Of a stretch of 64,000 nt of DNA, positions 61,659 to 64,000 are shown one piece after another (within the stretch, counting starts at the first letter, position 1; each line of letters opens with the position of its first letter). Under the pieces are notes generated by a model. That model made no database searches. It worked only from the letters and a program-made list of their open reading frames with translations, and had not been told where the DNA came from. This stretch comes from Nitrospirota bacterium (GTDB taxonomy: Bacteria > Nitrospirota > Thermodesulfovibrionia > Thermodesulfovibrionales > UBA9159), in NCBI GenBank assembly GCA_963699545.1, contig CAVOUE010000003.1, forward strand, positions 64,001-128,000. The letters run 5' to 3'. The translations under genes and the position numbers were made by a program.

Positions 61659-62351
61659 ATGAACGCAAGGCAGATAATAGCCATTATAATTTCAATTCTA
61701 ATTATCGGGGTGTCTTTATTACCTATTTTGTTCACCGTTACCGTTTACGACAATTGGAATCGTCTTGGACATCCATATTTTAACCATGTGTGGTGGTTCC
61801 CAATTGCTGGCCTTACAGTATCGGGTGTTATTCTTCTTATGACTTTCAAAAGAAACAAGATAAGCATAGAATGTGGTACTGACGCCACAACACGGGAAAA
61901 CCGGAGTCTGCAAGGAGACCGTATGAAATCAAGTATTAAACGAGTAATCGCAAGAGAAGGGCTGATACTCATTTCCTTACTTCTGCTTTTTGGCACCTTC
62001 CAAGCTCTTGACTATTGGCAATCACATAGAATAACGCCCCATCTAGATTTGGGAACGAGCAAACTTGTCCCACCCCAGGATTTGCCTAAGGAGCTTCAGC
62101 AAGAAAACTCGATTCCGAGGAAAGGATTAACTGAGGGCAAATGGGTAGATGTGGACATATTTGACAAAATCCCTGATGTGGAGCTGTATAATGCAGCAGG
62201 GATACCAATAAAAGATAGGCCACTGATCTATCAGATTAATTTTTCTCTTATTTCCGCATTCTTTCTGATAGTGGCTTATCCGCTATATTGGCTCATTAGG
62301 TTCACTGTATGGGCCATTAAGACTGTTAGAAGAAAAGAAGCGACAATATAA
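61659..62351 (+). CDS. Hypothetical membrane protein (4 TM)
   Basis: Four hydrophobic segments; RBS-like GGGGG upstream. Confidence 0.55.
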   Translation: MNARQIIAIIISILIIGVSLLPILFTVTVYDNWNRLGHPYFNHVWWFPIAGLTVSGVILLMTFKRNKISIECGTDATTRENRSLQGDRMKSSIKRVIAREGLILISLLLLFGTFQALDYWQSHRITPHLDLGTSKLVPPQDLPKELQQENSIPRKGLTEGKWVDVDIFDKIPDVELYNAAGIPIKDRPLIYQINFSLISAFFLIVAYPLYWLIRFTVWAIKTVRRKEATI

Positions 62352-62385
62352 CCATCACATCTAACAATAATTCAGGAAAATGCTT

Positions 62386-62437
62386 TCAGGGGATAGGGTA
62401 GCTCCCGAAAAGCGGAACTCCTACCGCCTGCCCCTGA
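62386..62437 (+). ncRNA. Putative C4/CI-like structured antisense RNA
   Basis: Closing stem TCAGGGG...CCCCTGA encloses two hairpins, GGG-TAGCT-CCC and GCGG-AACTCCTA-CCGC. Confidence 0.5.
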
Positions 62438-62462
62438 TAGTTTAGGAGAACCACAAAGGAGA

Positions 62463-63188
62463 GTGGTAATGGGAAGAGGAAGAAGGTTTTCACTTCAGCG
62501 CTATTATCCTGATCTGGTTAAAGAGCATTACACGCCTGAAAGGATCGAAGAATGGAAAGCCATTCACGCGATAGATGCATCACGTCAATATAGAGATCGT
62601 TTCCTATCGGGGGACGAGAAAGCAATCTTCCACTTTGTGAAGGTTTGCCCTGAGTGTTTTCGTGAAGTTTGGCCCTTCCCTGATGGTTCGACAATCCCCT
62701 GCTATTCGGAGAACAACTTTTTTCCAGAAAAGTCGGGCCGCTCCTGGGTGATTGAGCAAATTGAGAAATGGAAGAACGAGGATACAAAAGAGGCAAGAAC
62801 AAAACTAAAGGCTCTTTTTAAGGCCTATACTGATAGCCGAGGTGCTAAAAGAAAACCCCCGGAAGAGGATCAGAGAATATACAGCCAAATTAAGAAGGCA
62901 TACAAAAAAACAAAGAATCTAACAGACGCTATATGGAAGGTAGTCGATGTGAACAATAACCCTGAGAAGGGCCTTGACCCCAGCCTGCAAAAGCTGTTAC
63001 TCAAACACTCTAAGGATATGAGGAGAGACAAAAAAGCACTTGATACCGTAGCGATAGAAACAGGCATTGCAAAACGTAAGCTTACTGCGTATGTAAAAAG
63101 TGGCGCTTCAATCTTCAACACCTACAAAGAAATATATTACGAAATGGAAAAGTTAGAGAAAGAGAAAAAGCGCGTCTTCGGCACATGA
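62463..63188 (+). CDS. Hypothetical basic protein, possible C-terminal HTH
   Basis: 241-aa ORF with AAGGAGAG RBS; HTH-like 'ALDTVAIETGIAKRKLTAYV'. Confidence 0.55.
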   Translation: MVMGRGRRFSLQRYYPDLVKEHYTPERIEEWKAIHAIDASRQYRDRFLSGDEKAIFHFVKVCPECFREVWPFPDGSTIPCYSENNFFPEKSGRSWVIEQIEKWKNEDTKEARTKLKALFKAYTDSRGAKRKPPEEDQRIYSQIKKAYKKTKNLTDAIWKVVDVNNNPEKGLDPSLQKLLLKHSKDMRRDKKALDTVAIETGIAKRKLTAYVKSGASIFNTYKEIYYEMEKLEKEKKRVFGT

Positions 63189-63205
63189 GCCTTTCCCCCT
63201 CCCTG

Positions 63206-63241
63206 TTGTAGGTTTTGAAACCCCCATTTCACAACCTACAA
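63206..63241. promoter_or_regulatory. 15-bp inverted repeat (operator or hairpin)
   Basis: TTGTAGGTTTTGAAA-6nt-TTTCACAACCTACAA with one mismatch; intergenic. Confidence 0.5.
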
Positions 63242-63308
63242 GTCTATTTCACCCCTTGTGATATAAACAAAGCAGAAGGGCGTAGCCCTAATGAAAATGA
63301 CATAGGGA

Positions 63309-63569
63309 GTGAATATGACAAAGGCAGCCGGAATGTTTCACACCTTCAAAACCCTTGATATTTACCTGAGCGCTTTTCTTCTTCTCTGTGGACTCAAACC
63401 TGACCTGGAAGTAAACAACGGTAAGGTTGTCTTTGCTTTTCAGGCAACAGACGAACTATATCGATATCTCGCCTATTACAACGAGGGCGTTGACGTAAAG
63501 GTTACAGAGTATGTAACTACCATAAAGATTCTGAGGGGGCAAATGCTGACACTGAGGAACGCGAAATAG
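63309..63569 (+). CDS. DUF5659-like small phage/MGE protein
   Basis: 'T.DIYLSAFLL..G.......GKVVFAF......Y' pattern. Confidence 0.65.
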   Translation: MNMTKAAGMFHTFKTLDIYLSAFLLLCGLKPDLEVNNGKVVFAFQATDELYRYLAYYNEGVDVKVTEYVTTIKILRGQMLTLRNAK

Positions 63570-63589
63570 ATAACGAGAAAGGAGGGAAT

Positions 63590-64000
63590 ATGATTGTTGA
63601 TTTCAATTCGGAAACATGGACTGATCCTTGGTTCAGAAAGCTTTCACTAACCGAGAAATTGTTATTCTTATATCTCTGGACAAACTCTCACAGGAACGTA
63701 GCCGGGCTTTATGCTCTGGACTTCGAAACGATGGCATTTGAGACAGGCATTGATAGCGAACAAGTGGAGCAGGCGTTAGACGCGTTGCATCCAAAAGTTC
63801 AGTACGACCCGGAAAAGAATATGGTCTGGATACTGAATCATGTTAAGCATCAGTTCTATAAGACAGGCAAACTTTCACCAAAGATAGCTGCTAGCATCAT
63901 AAAGAACTTGATCGCCATTGCACCTCATCCTTTTGTTGACCAGTTTCAAAGACATTATCCAACTGTTACCCATACCCTATCAGAGATTCCAGATACCCTA
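63590..64000 (+). CDS. Phage-type replication initiator / replisome organiser, N-terminal part (partial)
   Basis: Not in the ORF track because it runs off the edge. Reads MIVDFNSETWTDPWFRKLSLTEKLLFLYLWTNSHRNVAGLY...MAFETG; GGAGG RBS. Confidence 0.75.
   Translation, partial: MIVDFNSETWTDPWFRKLSLTEKLLFLYLWTNSHRNVAGLYALDFETMAFETGIDSEQVEQALDALHPKVQYDPEKNMVWILNHVKHQFYKTGKLSPKIAASIIKNLIAIAPHPFVDQFQRHYPTVTHTLSEIPDTL

Larger units (their letters stand above)
59594..64000. mobile_element. Left end of a tRNA-integrated prophage, satellite or integrative element
   Basis: att-like tRNA fragment, arm-type repeats, TA module, DUF5659 and a phage replication gene; visibly more AT-rich than the comEC-ABC core block. 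No integrase in the window. Confidence 0.72.

Overview
Bacterial chromosome segment from a diderm organism, plausibly Nitrospirota or a Deltaproteobacteria-like lineage (inferred from gene content only). 1-33.8 kb is a large, mostly minus-strand surface-glycan locus. It holds a pyruvyl transferase, WecB, a GT2-radical SAM fusion, Wzm/Wzt, an orphan GspD secretin, three paralogous GT2/coiled-coil multidomain glycosyltransferases, GDP-heptose enzymes HddA/HddC, GtrA/GtrB-like and GT-C membrane transferases, and two lipoproteins. 33.9-44.6 kb is core-like: comEC-glmM-cdaR-cdaA and a HlyD/ABC exporter. 44.8-59.5 kb is a second, plus-strand glycan cluster with a methyltransferase-GT fusion, a second GT2-radical SAM fusion, a bicupin, two paralogous radical SAM/SPASM enzymes sharing an N-terminal domain I do not recognise, and a GT-C gene cleanly split by an IS3. 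From about 59.6 kb an integrated element begins at a tRNA-Val(CAC) 3' fragment and carries hicBA, a C4-like structured RNA, DUF5659 and a phage-type replication protein. Eleven apparent +1 frameshifts can be corrected at a GAGAY motif, which suggests methylation-linked long-read errors rather than real pseudogenes. All family calls come from motif recognition by eye; no database searches were run.
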